Shown here: one piece after another, positions 13,090-27,606 of the stretch
Numbering within the stretch: position 1 is the first letter of the stretch
Layout: the number at the start of each line of letters is the position of its first letter
Assembly (NCBI GenBank): GCA_951406725.2
Contig: OX597832.1
Location: 23,312,001 to 23,376,000, forward strand
Length of the DNA stretch: 64,000 bases
Direction of reading: 5' to 3'
Source: Octopus vulgaris
Taxonomy: Eukaryota
The notes under the pieces: model-generated
The model's input: the letters and a program-made list of their open reading frames with translations, nothing else
What the model was told of the DNA's origin: nothing
Database searches by the model: none
Position numbers and translations under genes: made by a program

Positions 13090-13971
13090 CCAGTGTTTAT
13101 CTGTGGCTTGAAGATCAGCAAAAAATTGTAGCTTTGCTATAACGAAGGCTTCGATGGTTTTAGTCGACGTACAGTTTACATCGCTCAGAAATAAATGATT
13201 TAAATTTGTAATTAGCATAATCAGCCCCAAAATAAATCGTGCATTGACTGTAAAGGAGAATTCAAATGCGCTTTCCGACATTTGGTGCTGGCATTTTGTT
13301 AACAATTTAGCTAGAGGAGGAAATGCGATGCCCATCACATTTTCATGTCTTCCGAGACATGTCATGAGAGGAAGGACGGAGGATGTAATTACCCTTATAA
13401 AAGGAGATTGATCCACATAACTGAGATAGAGGGGACCTTGCTAAAGGCACTCAAGGTTTATGTAGTAGTAATAAACTTCACAACAAATTAACGCTACGAT
13501 TACAAAGCAACGAAAAGCCGATATCACCAATGAGCTTCCACAGTGTGTACGTCTACAAAATTTCATTCACAGCGTCGTTTCGGCTGACCCAAGCATATTG
13601 CAAAGGCATTTCAGAATGGTTCTTCTTAGTGGGAATAAACCCGAGAAGACGTAGATGCTAAGCGATGTTTTTAAACTACACAGCTTTGACTGAAGTAGTT
13701 TATAGATTTATTTGAGAAACAAAAAAACAGAAAAAACAAATGTCTGTAATGTTTGGGGAAAGTCATTTTCTTTTTGTGCTTCATAATTTAAATGACACTC
13801 CCCAGACACAAGAGAATATGCTTCAACACACGAACTCATATAAAGAATCTTGCAAACCAAATCCAAAAACGAAATGCCTATATCAAAGAGCTGAACGCTA
13901 CTGGTATACTGGAGAGGAGGGTGTCTTCTTATCTGTTATACGCCAATTTACTTTATAAGGAAAAAATATTT

Positions 13972-14152
13972 ATTTCTATATTATCTGCAGGAGCTAAACA
14001 TAGAGGGGATATTCAAGGACAGACAAGGGGATTAAGTCGATTGCATCGACCTCAGTGCGTAACTGGTACTTATTTAATCGACTCCGAAGGATGAAAGACT
14101 AAGTCGACCGCGGCGGAATTTGAACTCAGAACGTATCGGCAGACGAAATACG
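13972..14152 (-). mobile_element. SINE family B fragment
   Basis: GTCGACCGCGGCGGAATTTGAACTCAGAACGTA; CTGGTACTTATTTAATCGAC. Confidence 0.85.
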
Positions 14153-15317
14153 TAACGGCAGACATTGAAATACGTGTTCTCTTGCGACCAGATAGTTTAA
14201 GCGGGATAATATTTATACATAACATCTGGCGAATATAGACATTTTGAACTTTAAAATGGATGAACAAGGTAGAGGATGCATTAGATAGACAGAGATAAAG
14301 AGAGAGAGAGAAAGAGAGAGAAAGTGTGTGTGGTGTGTGTGTGTGTGTGTGTGTTTGTGTCTGTGTGTGTGCGTGTGTGTTTTGCTTGTATATTACGAAC
14401 ATATTAACATTTTTATACTTAGGTTATCATTTTTACTGTCATTTCATTTATATTTCAAAGCAACAGAATAATATAACCCTAGGTTATATTATTAATTAAG
14501 CTATATTAAACATAAATGGGAGACAGTTATCGAATACATGTGTTTCTCCTTTATTTTCCTTCTTTTTTTTTTCAAAGAAATCTATAAAACTCTTTGTAAA
14601 CGAATGATATATTATGTAATAAGGCATACGAAAGAAACAGAACGAAAACTGCCAGTAACGTGAGATATTGTTTCCAAAAACTATTTTGGAATCGTACGCA
14701 TCTCTCCATCTCATTACACAAGCAAAATCAGAGAGTAAAAATGCTTTTTAACGGAACATAAATAAACACATACAAACTATTGTTTCAAATGCCCTTTCAA
14801 TATACCAGTACTCCATGTTTCATTTATTTCTTTTTCTGTTCTATTCCACATTAACTTAGACACTAATAGCTTTATTTCTAATGCTTACATTGTTATTTTT
14901 GTATAGTTTTTTTTTCTTTCTTGGCTCTACCTATATTTTGTTCCCGATATCTGTCTGTTAATACAAACATAATAAATATCTTAGTCTTCCTGAAAGTTGT
15001 TAGCGAAAGCTCCTTAAAGAAAGGACAAAGAAATGTTTATTCTGGCAATCTTTAGATCTAATTTCCTTCGCAATACGAATCTTTCACCAAAAAAATAGCT
15101 GCAATTCTAACGTTTCGTTTGATGTTTGCAAAAGTACATAAAACGATTTCTTTAGAGAAACATAGAAAATATCTAAAGCACTACCCTCACGGTTATCCAA
15201 CTTTTTCCATTTCACAGAGCAAAGTAGCAAAAAACATCATAGTAGAGATGCTGTTTATGTCTTTTATTGTCTATATACAGAATTACATAAACTGGCTGTA
15301 GGTAATCCGCATAAACA

Positions 15318-15490
15318 TGGCTGTGTGTTAGGCGCAGTTATGAATCTGTAGTTGAGTAGTTCGATGTACAAACACGTTGTTTCCGGCTCAGTGCTATTGG
15401 GTGGCGAGCACATTGGGTGGATCAAATTTATTACAGCCCTGGGCCGACCAAAGACTTGTTAATAAATTTCGAAGACGGAAGCACACACAC

Positions 15491-15532
<42 letters not shown>

Positions 15533-15722
15533 CTGTGTGTATGTGTGTGTGTGTGTATGTGTGTTTCTTTGTGTTTGTTCGCTATCGACGCTCGACAAAC
15601 GGTGCTGGTTTATTTAACTCCCGTAACTTAGCATACCGACATGGGAGACCGATTGAATACGTGCCGTATTTGTAAATAACTAGGTACTGTGGTTCGATAT
15701 GTTTGACTTAACGCTTCATAAA
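15318..15722 (+). mobile_element. Old degenerate SINE family A copy
   Basis: GGGCCGACCAAAGACTTG, internal TA/TG tract, CCGTAACTTAGC...GACCGATTGAATA. Confidence 0.6.
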
Positions 15723-15859
15723 AGATAAAATATGAGCCACAGATGTTTGAACTCACTCCTCCAGCAACACATACACACACGAACACAAGTATACATACAC
15801 ACAAACATGAACACAGACACTTGGATATACATACAAACACTTACATACTTATATACGTC

Positions 15860-16231
15860 CTACCAACCACATGGTTCCGTGTTCAGTCCCACTGCGTGGC
15901 ACCTTGGGCAAGTGTCTTCTACTATAGCCTCGGGCCGACCAAAGCCTTGTGAGTGGATTTGGTAGACGGAAACTGAAAGAAGCCCGTCGTATATATATAT
16001 ATATATGCGTGTGTGTGTTTGTGTGTCTGTGTTTGTCCCCTAGCATTGCTTGACAACCGATGCTGGTGTGTTTACGTCCCCGTTACTTAGCGGTTCGGCC
16101 AAAGAGACCGATAGAATAAGTACTGGGCTTACAAAAGAATAAGTCCCGGGGTCGAGTTGCTCGATTAAAGGCGGTGCTCCAGCATGGCCGCAGTCAAATG
16201 ACTAAAACAAGTAAAAGAGTAAACGAATAAA

Positions 16232-16233
<2 letters not shown>
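15860..16233 (+). mobile_element. SINE family A, slightly 5'-truncated
   Basis: High identity to 4840-5300. Confidence 0.9.
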
Positions 16234-16270
<37 letters not shown>

Positions 16271-16554
16271 CATACTGTTATGTATGTATGTATGCGTGTA
16301 TGTGTTTATATATGTAAAACATCTGCGTGTGTGTGTCCGTGTATGTAGGCGTGTGTATTTCTAAAATTGAAACAGATTTTCGTTTGTTACAGATTATTAA
16401 TTATCTAACGAAACATCTTTTAAAAATTTCTATTAACACAGATCTGATGGGAAATACTTTTGCATAAGGACTCTGTGCTCGAATTAATTCTCATTCAAGC
16501 ACTCAATGTAATTCATAAGGTTAAATATTTCGTATATACAAAATAACAATAATC

Positions 16555-16602
<48 letters not shown>

Positions 16603-17551
16603 TTAATAATAATTATTATAATTTAAAAAATAATAATAATAATAATTTTGAAATATTTTAACTGAAACGAGAAGTTTTTCTAAAAACATTCTTTGAACAT
16701 CAATGTATATATGGGTGTGTGGGAGTGGTGAGTATGTGCGTGTGTCTTTGCGCGTGTGTGTGTGTGCGCGCGTGCATGTGTGTGTTAGTGTGTGCGTGTT
16801 TGCACACATACGCATGCATATATATATGTATATATATATATATAATGATAATATGAGGGAATATAATTCCAAACTTACAAGGAAAAATTCAATTTAGAAA
16901 TACTAAATCAAATTTCACAAAATACAATATGTATTTATAATACAATATGTATGTATAAATGGAGCAAAAACGCAATACAGGGTAATTAAAACGTTCGGAC
17001 AGATAGACGACACAAAGGCGGACAAGAGAAGCAACAATTAGAAAGACAGGCTAAAAAAAGACGGGTCGTTCTTGGCTATCATCAGTCGCAGTTTATGAAA
17101 AATGTCATTAGACTTCCTGAGTAAAGAAAATCATTTCATGTCGACAACGTGAATGAGTAAAAAGGGGAGAAGCGCTATGTTGGCCCGTCAAAGCACTTTT
17201 AGTATGTAGTAACAGATTTACGATGCATTTGATGTACCGTGTTCACATGTAAGTAAATGACTACAAGGAAATACCTTTAACCTGAAGGAAATTGCAGATC
17301 GTTATCAATCTCAGGAGAAACGGCTATAAAATTCGATTAATGCGATGCGTGTCAAGAGAGAGGACATGAAAATCATTTCCGGTGGATTCAGTGGAAGTCA
17401 CACGCAAGACTCATCGGAACTGAATCGGCCGATTTAGAAAGACTTTTACTTTTTTCAGTCGTTGAACATAAGATTCTTTTCTGGCTTATGTCGTTCCGCC
17501 CAACTTTGACTCATTTGGCTTCAAAACAAAAGAATAGCAATGCGTGTTTTT

Positions 17552-17831
17552 ATTTACTCTTTTACTTGTTTCAGTCATTTGACTGCGGCCATGCTGGAAC
17601 ACCGCCTTTAGTCGAGCAAATCGACCCCGGGATTTATTCTTTGTAAGCCCGGTACTTATTCTATCGGTCTCTTTTGCCGAACCGCTAAGTGACGGGGACG
17701 TAAACACACCAGCATCGGTTGTCAAGCAATGCTAGAGGGACAAACACATACACACAAACATATACATACACATACATACATATATATACATATATACGAC
17801 AGGCTTCTTTCAGTTTCCGTCTACCAAATCC
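17552..17831 (-). mobile_element. SINE family A, 3' two-thirds
   Basis: Reverse complement of the family A body and tail. Confidence 0.9.
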
Positions 17832-18205
17832 AAGGCATTATATTATATTATTTTTATTTATTTTGGCACTGCGATATTGACCATTGTGAGAAATATTATG
17901 GAAGTAAGCGTAATAAAATTGAATGATCTAGAATGAATTATTTTTGGCAGAGTCGAATATATTTCAGACTATTAACTCCGGTCACCAATCGCAAGTATGA
18001 AGTGTAATTGAAGAGTATTGGCTAAACCAAGTATATCTGAAGTAGAAATTGCAGACTGTTTGCCTGGAGCAGCTAATTAAATAAGAGATACGGTTTGAAT
18101 ATATTGATCAAAAGGTACCAATAATAATAATAATAAAAAAATAATAATAATAATAGTAATAATAATAACAACAATAACAACAACAACAATAATAATAATA
18201 ATAAC

Positions 18206-18245
<40 letters not shown>

Positions 18246-18251
18246 TTAATG

Positions 18252-18312
<61 letters not shown>

Positions 18313-18318
18313 AGTACA

Positions 18319-18558
18319 ATGGACTTCTACAGAATGTGTGGAAAGAGGATCGAAAGCTTGACTCACATTGTTAGTGCTTGTGAAAGTCTTGCGCAGAAGG
18401 AGTACAAGAGTAGACACGACAAGGTAGCCCAAAACCTCCACTGGCTACTATGCCGTAAGTATGGATATGAGGTTACGCGTGCTTGGTACCAACATACACC
18501 GCAAAAGGTAATAGACGAAAAGGGGAAGGAAAAAATCCTCTGCGACTTTGACTTCCAA
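18319..18558 (+). mobile_element. Internal R4/Dong-clade LINE fragment (zinc-knuckle region) between two (TAA)n arrays
   Basis: RMCGKRIESLTHIVSACESLAQKEYKSRHDKVAQNLHWLLC...ILCDF, homologous to the 8149-8835 ORF. Confidence 0.85.
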
Positions 18559-18601
18559 TAATAATAATAACAACAACAACAAAAATAACAATAACAATAA
18601 C

Positions 18602-18653
<52 letters not shown>

Positions 18654-19837
18654 TTAATTGCCCTATTGTAATATCAGGTATTGGCTTTCATACCTTCCGA
18701 TGTTAATTGATTGAAAGTGTTATCATTTACGTGTTTTGCCTTGCTGCGAAAGGTGCGCAACAACAAATATTCTGAGCAATACCACAGGTTTGTTTGGCAG
18801 TTCTTTGATCTTAGCCAGTTAAGTATGTCCCTTAGTGACTGACGATATGTCCCTCTCTGATCACGAGCAAAAGTAGTTGGGGGGGGGGGGGGCCATCACA
18901 ACCATATGTTGAAAGGAATTCTTTGGAGTTTGGATAACTCACTTCTGGAAACATGGGTGGTTCATTCATCATCATTAAACAACCCTTATTCAAAGACCAT
19001 TTGAGCGGGATGAAGAAAACTCGACCTGAAGAATATTCTAACTGGGTCCCACCAACAAGGTCATACGCTGTTTTTATCCTGATATGAGATCACCATGTAG
19101 TGCACATATGGTTGCGATGCATGTGCCTGGTGTACTCTTGTCAGACGGGTAGTCATGGTGGATATACTGGGCTGTCCGCGTTTACCGTAAGTGAAATCGA
19201 GATCTCTCAGAAGTGAAATGAAGATAATCATAAAAATATTACACTTCGCTAATAATTTTAAAATGAACTTTGTTTAAAATACTTCTCCAAAAATAAATTA
19301 TTGACAACGCCAAGATTTTTATTGTATGTCTTTAGTTTCTTTTTCTTGTTCTTTTGTTTCCTTTTTTTATTTGCTGTATGTTTGAAACGCTTATTCTTTG
19401 ATTTATTTCTCAAAGAATTATTGATATTTGTTCAGAATTATTGACAGTGAATGATTTTGTAGTTTGAATAAAAATAACAATGGAAATTTGAATAAACATT
19501 ATACTAAAGTGGAACCGCTTCAGTTGAGATATTAAATTTCATCTTGCTATTTGAAGAATACATCAAAGAACATCAAGATACTTTTAATATAAACTAAAGT
19601 GCTACAATTCTTTCCTGTTATTTGTTTCCGTCTTTCGAATGACTGAGACATCTTAGAAAATATTTAGTCATATGTTACATACTACGAAGAGGCTTTAGTC
19701 GAGAGTGTCCACTCCGTATCTCATCTTGTATTTATTTCAAATATCGTAAAACTCTTAAAGGGAAAGACGATGAGATGGTCTAGCCATAAAGAGAAATCAC
19801 TTGAGCGTCGAGTGACTTCTTGGCCGTAACGTATACT

Positions 19838-20049
19838 TTTCTAGTCTAGGCACAAGACCTAAAATTTTCGGGGAGTGGACAGTCGATTAGATCGACCCCA
19901 GAACGCAACTGGTACTTAATTTATCAACCCCGAAAGGATGAAAGGCAAAGTCGACGTCGGCCGAATTTGAACTCTGAACGTAAAGACAGACGAAATACGG
20001 CTAAGAATTTCGCCCGGCGTGCTAACGTTTCTGCCAGTTCGCCGCCTTA
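19838..20049 (-). mobile_element. SINE family B, full length
   Basis: Reverse complement of GGCGGCGAACTGGCAGAAACGTTAGCACGCCGGGCGAAAT...GACTTTGCCTTTCATCCTTTCGGGG. Confidence 0.9.
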
Positions 20050-20165
20050 ATGACCGTAATATAATCGCCCCGTGAAGATCCTTGTTACATATTTACATAA
20101 TTAAATATATATATATATATATATATATACATACATGCATACATACATACATACATATATATCCG

Positions 20166-20244
<79 letters not shown>

Positions 20245-20879
20245 GAGCATGAGTGGCTGTGTGGAAAGAAGTATTAAAATCTGCTTTAAGTTCTATATAG
20301 TTCTGGTAATTTATATTCGCGCCAGGCTGTCTAACAACATATACCCAGTGGCTCATTTCTAGTATATTATATTCTTGCCGAAAGGTATTTCTGACTGAAG
20401 AAACCTCTGTTGAAATTCTTTCCAGTAATTGCCAACATTACTCTATTCTTCTCACATTCTTGAATATAATACTACATCACAAATAGAAGCCTTACGTATG
20501 ACATCTCTTTAAAAACAGGTAAGTTTAATTTAAGAAAAAATTTAGTGTCTGCTTCTAACAGGTTTAACAACAGGTCTCGGGTCCGTTGTTAGCTTGTCTT
20601 GTCGAGTTTTTGTCTGACCGAGCACTGGTTGCAATCTTTAGGGTGTTCCCTCAAACGGTATCGGTGTTCTATTGCCGGTGGTAAACTCTTTGATTTGTAA
20701 GGAAATAAAATTCTGACATTTGCTTTAAATTATATTCTTCAATGAACAGGTCGTTTGGAATTATCGTTTATGTCCTATGTGGAAAATTCCTTAACTTTCT
20801 TGGCACTAGTCACAGGGAAAACTTATCAAACCGAGATAGAGGACGTTTTGCTTACGGGTATATTAAGATACGTGTTTGA

Positions 20880-20987
20880 GCATGTGTGTGTATGTTTGCG
20901 TGTCTGTGTTTGTCGCCCCAACATCGCTTGACAACCGATGATGGTGTGTTTACGCCCCTGCAACCCAGCGGTTCGGCAAAAGAGACC
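20880..20987 (+). mobile_element. SINE family A internal fragment
   Basis: CATCGCTTGACAACCGATG...GCGGTTCGGCAAAAGAGACC. Confidence 0.8.
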
Positions 20988-21197
20988 TAATATTGAACTC
21001 TAAAAGCATAAAGACACTTCAATGTATTGGTACACTTATTAATTTTTGTATATATTTATTATTTTTTTGAAAAGAAACATTGATAATTTCTCTTTTCCCC
21101 TTCCTCAATTTAAAAAAAAAAATTTTTTCCCTTCCAAATCTTGAAAATTTTCCTTTACTTTCAATTTAGCACTCTGCCTTGTTAGTTTTTTCCTCTC

Positions 21198-21314
<117 letters not shown>

Positions 21315-22641
21315 CGATACCACAGACCTCCATAGAGTTTCCCTGTACCAATTTCTCTCACGTAGTATTGATCAGTCCGAAGCTATGGCAGAAGACATTT
21401 GACCAAGGTGCAGCACACTGGTTGCAAAGCGAAGCCATTAATCTCATTACAATTTAATTTCAATTGATATATTGAGCATTACTCTTGGCCCACTTTAGAC
21501 GGCACTTAACTTTATGTCTTACAGAAAAAATCTCCTCCAAAATATTTCTATGTTAATGCAGAAAACAGCCACGTTAATCTAAACTAAATATATGCTGGGT
21601 TATCTTTCAAAATGTTTCAACATCCAATAACTTTTCATTATGCAATAGGCAATCATGTGGGCATTATCAATGGAACTGTATAAACGGTTAAAATATAATG
21701 TACCAAGAGCAGAACACACGTAAAAGAGTGTCTCTGCTTATAGTTGTAGAGAATTAATATTTCACAAGTTGAATTACATTATCGAGACATTTAATATAGC
21801 TATTACGACGTGTTATGAAATAGCTTGAAATAAGACATCCAATTACAGCTGCGTGTTTCCAGATTCGTGTCAAAAGATTAGCATTTGCTGTCATTCCGCT
21901 TTGACAGTTTCGTACTTGTATTCAATTAATAAATTAATATTCTTTCTGTCTCTCGTCTCGGGAGATAATTCAAATTAACGATACTCGGTAATGCCCCGTC
22001 AGTAAAACAGAGTGTCGTTTTGTATGATTCCAAAGTAAATCAGCAACGACACCTGATGTTGACACCAATTCCCCAAACAAATAGTCCAAATATTTGCTAG
22101 TATCCTCTGGGAGGGCGACTATTCATGAAAACATTTTAATCAATTTTAAATCTATTGGAAAATTTAAACGTTTGAATACAGACAATGAAGTTGTATTCCG
22201 TTAAGAAAGAAACTTAATATAAAATATATCACTGGAAACCAAAACAGTACATATCATTGATATGTCGTCTGCCAACGAACAGTGTCTATAATTAAGATAT
22301 GGTTTCATTTGCCAGTTCCAATTACATACATATAATATCTTCCTTTATGTAATAAATGAACTGTTAGACATCATTAAAACTTTATTTTGTGTATCCGTGT
22401 AAACATTACACGTTAAAATTACCTTTAAATTTGTTCTTCTCACGTAGATAAGGATATCAAGGAAAACAAAATCTAGCGTAATATTCGTAGCCACTTTAAC
22501 ATGGCTGTCCGTTTGAGTGGATTTCTACTGTGGTTTTTTTAACCCCAAAGGACATATCTTCTAGCTGGTTAACGATGCGCACCCGCATCCGACGAAACTG
22601 CGAGCGATGGAGTGAATCCCTTCCGTCTCCTAGCGACCGGA

Positions 22642-22690
22642 CCAGTAGACCAGTCCTGGTCTCGGGCAATAACTGCCACTCCTCAGTACT
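22642..22690 (-). ncRNA. Type I hammerhead ribozyme motif (left member of an inverted pair)
   Basis: Minus strand: agta-CTGAGGA-gtGGCAgttatTGCCc-GAGAC-CAG-ga-CTG-GTC-tact; one core change (GAGA for GAAA). Confidence 0.65.
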
Positions 22691-22706
22691 CTAGCAGACG
22701 AAGTGT

Positions 22707-22757
22707 CCAGTACTGATGCGTCGCAGAAATAGCTCGAAACCAGGACTGGTCTACTGG
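22707..22757 (+). ncRNA. Type I hammerhead ribozyme motif (right member of an inverted pair)
   Basis: ccagta-CTGATGC-gtcgcagaaatagctc-GAAAC-CAG-ga-CTG-GTC-tactgg: 6-bp stem I, 5-bp stem III, GUC triplet; A9 replaced by C. Confidence 0.7.
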
Positions 22758-22794
22758 GCTGTTGCTAGGAGATGGGTAAAAAAAAGAATGTAAG

Positions 22795-23310
22795 TGAAAG
22801 GCAAAGTCGACCTCGGCGGAATTTGAACTCAGAACGTAACGGCAGACGAAATAACTATTTCTTTACTACTCACAAGGGGCTAAACACAGAGAGGACAAAC
22901 ATGGTCAGACAAACGGATTAAGTCGATTACATCGACCTCAGTGCGTAACTGGTACTGAATTTATCGATCCCGAAAGGATGAAAGGCAAAGTCGACCTCGG
23001 CGGAATTTGAACTCAGAACGTAACGGCAGACGAAATACGGCTACGCATTTCGCCCGGCGTGCTAACGTTTCTGCCAGCTCGCCGCTTAAATACATTGTTT
23101 CCTACTCTAGGCACAAGGCTTGAAATTTTGGGGGAGGGAGCCAGTCGATTAGATCGACCCAGTACGCAACTGGTGCTTAATTTATCGACCCTGAAAGGAT
23201 AAAAGGCGATGTCGACCTCGGCGGATTTTGAACTCAGGACGTAAAGACATACGAAATACATCTAAACATTTCGCCCGGTGTGCTAACGATATTGCTAACG
23301 CATCGCCTTA
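22795..23310 (-). mobile_element. SINE family B cluster (head-to-tail dimer plus a further copy)
   Basis: Three repeats of GTCGACCTCGGCGGA(A/T)TTTGAACTCAG at about 22807, 22990 and 23211. Confidence 0.9.
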
Positions 23311-23430
23311 TGTCAGTATTGATATAGTAATTATACTTAGTGGATGTTATAAGAATCCAACCTTTCGAGGAGGGTCGTACAATGCCAGATAGAAATATTC
23401 TATCAACGACTTCGGAATATGACAACATAT

Positions 23431-23804
23431 TACTCTTTACTCTTTTACTCTTTTACTTGTTTCAGTCATTTGACTGCGGCCATGCTGTAGCACCGCCTTT
23501 AGTCGAGCAACTCAACCCCGGGACTTATTCTTTTGTAAGCCCAGTACTTATTCTATCGGTCTATTTTTGCCGAACCGCTATGTAACGGGGACGTAAACAC
23601 ACCAGCATCGGTTGTCAAGCAATGCTAGGGGGACAAAAACAAACACACAAACATATATATATATATATACATATATACGACGGGCTTCTTTCAATTTCCG
23701 TCTACCAAATCCACTCACAAGGCATTGGTCGGCCCAAGATGCCACGCAGTGGGACTGAACCTGGAACCATGTAGTTAGTTAGCAAGCTACTTACCACACA
23801 GCCA
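23431..23804 (-). mobile_element. SINE family A with an internal deletion
   Basis: Reverse complement of family A; lacks the GGGCTATAG...ACTTGCCC segment. Confidence 0.9.
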
Positions 23805-24098
23805 CATATATATATATATAAAATTTAAATAACAAGGGTGATAAATTGAATATTGATTTAATTAACATCAATTTAAAACCAGTGGCCTAGCATATAGAAA
23901 AATCTGAAAATTAAGGAAAACTGTATTACATGTATATATTAATTCTTTATTTTGTATATTTTCATTTGTCTTACGCGTTCATGTTCTGGTGTTTGCTCAA
24001 TTTTTCTACAGAACATTCTTTTCATTTGTGGTTGGATCGTAGGTGACCTATTTCTAGCATATTGGATGCCCACTTACTGGTCATCCCTTCTTATACGC

Positions 24099-24664
<566 letters not shown>

Positions 24665-25080
24665 CGTATACATATGGATGTGTGTGTATATATATGTGTG
24701 TGTATGTATGTTCATATTGGTAAGGCCCATTTTTCTTTTTCTTCTGTCACTCAATCTTGTTAACCCTTGCTTCTCTCTTATAAAAAGGTGTCAGAAGAAA
24801 CGCCAGAGTTCCTCCTGTTTCTTCTTTTACTGCGTCAAATTTCATTCTACTCTCCACTGTTTTTTCGTTTTTGCTTTTTCCTTTTCTTTTTTTGCTTCAT
24901 ATTTCTACCCCTTTCAGTCAGTATTTTTTTAATATTTGTTTACCTGGAATTTTCTCCCTGTCCTGTGTGTGACTATTCGATATGTATCTATGTATATATC
25001 TCGCAGTTACACACAGAACAGGAATAAAATAAAATACATACATATATACATATATGTATATATGTGTGTATGTATGTATG

Positions 25081-25145
<65 letters not shown>

Positions 25146-26114
25146 ATAGAAATAGAGAGAGAAATATATATATATATATACATATATATATACATATAAA
25201 TAAACATATACACGGATATATATATGTGTGTGTATATGTATATTTACGTATATATATGAATGCACATAAACATATAAAAATATATACAAATACATGTATA
25301 CGTACACATACATGTATATGTGTGTGTATATGTGTAAAAACATATACACCTGTGTGCGTGTGTGTGTGTCTGTCTCTGTATGTGTGTATCCAAATGCGAC
25401 ATAGTATGAATAGAACTGATTTGATACACAAAAAAAAGTAGTTAACGTGATAGTATTCAAGGAATTTTATTTTCCAAATTCACAATAATTCTTCTTGGTA
25501 ACCACTCAGAAGTACCAAATAAATCAAGATGGTATACGAGACTTGACAGCCATTCACAGAATCTCGATTTTCCTCTTCTTTCCTATATTGTCAGTGTTTC
25601 TTAACGTTAGAATATTCCATTTTGTTTTTTTTCTAATTTCGTTCTTTTTCCACAGAAAGCGTCTGTTTTCCTTCTTTTTATTATTTTTGAGCAACCTGGT
25701 ATCTTGTATAAGAAAAATATAAAGGTAACCTAGAGTAAAACAGTCTGTAATATAAGACAGAAGATGGCTCTCCTACAGATGAAACACTCAGCTTGATGTT
25801 TTAGATAAGATCAGAAATGGAGAAAATATATCTTAGCCAAGAAGAGGATGTTTTCACGATTAGCTCCAGGCTATAATAAATGCCTCACTTATAATTTACT
25901 TACAAAAGGTGAATATAACATTATTTGATTCGACGTTTCTTCCTCTTGTACATTTTTACCATTTTCGAACGGTTTCTATATTCTATATTAACATATGTCA
26001 GTATGTCTGAGATGCTTTGTGTGTAAGTACATATATACAGTATACACCAAAATATATGAAATATATACATATATATATAAATGCACACACATACACATAC
26101 TTACAGGCACATAC

Positions 26115-26163
<49 letters not shown>

Positions 26164-26206
26164 CATACATATACATACATATATATATACACATACATAC
26201 ATATAC

Positions 26207-26255
<49 letters not shown>

Positions 26256-26276
26256 TATGTATATATATATATATAA

Positions 26277-26365
<89 letters not shown>

Positions 26366-26603
26366 GTATATATATATATATATGCACACGCCCATACCTG
26401 CAGGTCTGTTTCTATGGTGATATGTATTCTTGGACACTACGGGAGATTCACGAGATTTGCGATTACGCATGCGCTTTACTTTTATATCTACGGCCCCATG
26501 CCGCGTCGCTGCACCTTCGGTAAACTGTTTTTCTACGATGTGTGCGTGTGTATGTGTGTCTGTATGTGCCTCTGTGTGTGTGTGTGTGTGTGTGTGCGTG
26601 TGT

Positions 26604-26644
<41 letters not shown>

Positions 26645-26717
26645 GAGCTCAACATTTCGCTATTTGTGTTATTGAATTGGTTAATACCTTGTAGCATTAA
26701 TTATATTTCCTTCTAAA

Positions 26718-26850
26718 ACGGCGAGCTGGCAGAAACGTTAGCACACCTGGTGAAATGCATAGCAGTATTTCGTCTGTCTTTTCGTTCTCAGTTCAAATTC
26801 CGCCGAGGTCGACTTTGCCTTTCATCCTTTCTTAAGTACCAGTTGCGTAC
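26718..26850 (+). mobile_element. SINE family B, 5' part
   Basis: CGGCGAGCTGGCAGAAACGTTAGCAC...GACTTTGCCTTTCATCCTTTC. Confidence 0.85.
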
Positions 26851-27204
26851 ACAGACGTAGCAGGGGGAGCTATAAAAAACTTCTGAGACCAGTCATGTGA
26901 CTATCCTCTACCAATCTAATCGTATTCAAAACATATACTAATCTGAGCCAGGAACTCCTTATAAAAATGCGGCAAGCTTCAAACAGTAGTCAGAAGCAAG
27001 ACAGGGGCGACATAAACCACGTCTTTCTATTTGAAGATTTTAAAATTCAGTGTCAGCTATGAAACCGGTTAAAGCTTTAAATATATAAATTGAAAATATT
27101 TTAACTATTGTCAGTGCGTTTTCAACTTATAATTTTCCTATATTTCTACTCGTGTGGAATAAAATAACTTCGTTTTATATGTATATATGTGTGTGCGTGT
27201 GTGT

Positions 27205-27430
27205 GAGCGGAAACACTTAAAGCTCCACGAGCCTTCGGCAGGGGGTGGTGGCGACCCCTGTTGTACTCTTTCGCCCCGACTTTCTCTCACTCTCTCTTCC
27301 TGTTTCTTGAGTAACACTGCGATGGACTGGTGTCCCGTCCAGATCGGGGGGAACACATACGCCACAGAAACTGGGAAACCGGGCCCATGAGCCTGGCTAG
27401 GCTTGAAAAGGGCGCATAAATAAATAAATA
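27205..27430 (+). mobile_element. SINE family C variant, 5'-truncated
   Basis: AAACACTTAAAGCTCCACGAGCCTTCGGC...GGGAAACCGGGCCCATGAGCCTGGC, (TAAA) tail. Confidence 0.8.
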
Positions 27431-27438
27431 TATACATA

Positions 27439-27469
<31 letters not shown>

Positions 27470-27555
27470 TGTAGGTCCCGGGTTGAGTCGTTGTTAACCA
27501 CAGTAAATAAGGTACTCAATACATAGCAGAGTAAATTAATTTATTTTATAGAAGG

Positions 27556-27606
27556 AGCTTCTACAGGACTAGAACTGTTTCATTCAAATGAAATCATCAG
27601 GAAGCT
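27556..27606 (-). ncRNA. Type I hammerhead ribozyme (antisense copy)
   Basis: Exact reverse complement of 27709-27759. Confidence 0.8.

Noticed and set aside
17055-17090. Hammerhead-like CTGATGA...GAACGACCCGTC on the minus strand (similar motif near 40605-40640)
   Set aside because: Lacks GAAA and convincing stems I and II; may be a decayed family but was not counted.
17486-17725. Recurrent ORF TTDAGVFTSPSLSGSAKETDRIST (also 35662-36099)
   Set aside because: It is the reading frame of SINE family A, not a host gene.
18700-19175. Non-simple sequence next to (TAA)n that looks like a dispersed repeat
   Set aside because: Single copy in this window and no recognisable protein motif; cannot be classified without a search.
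26395-26540. CpG-rich patch with ACGCATGCGC (NRF1-like) as a possible GPCR promoter
   Set aside because: One short motif is not enough, and there is no evidence of a transcription start.
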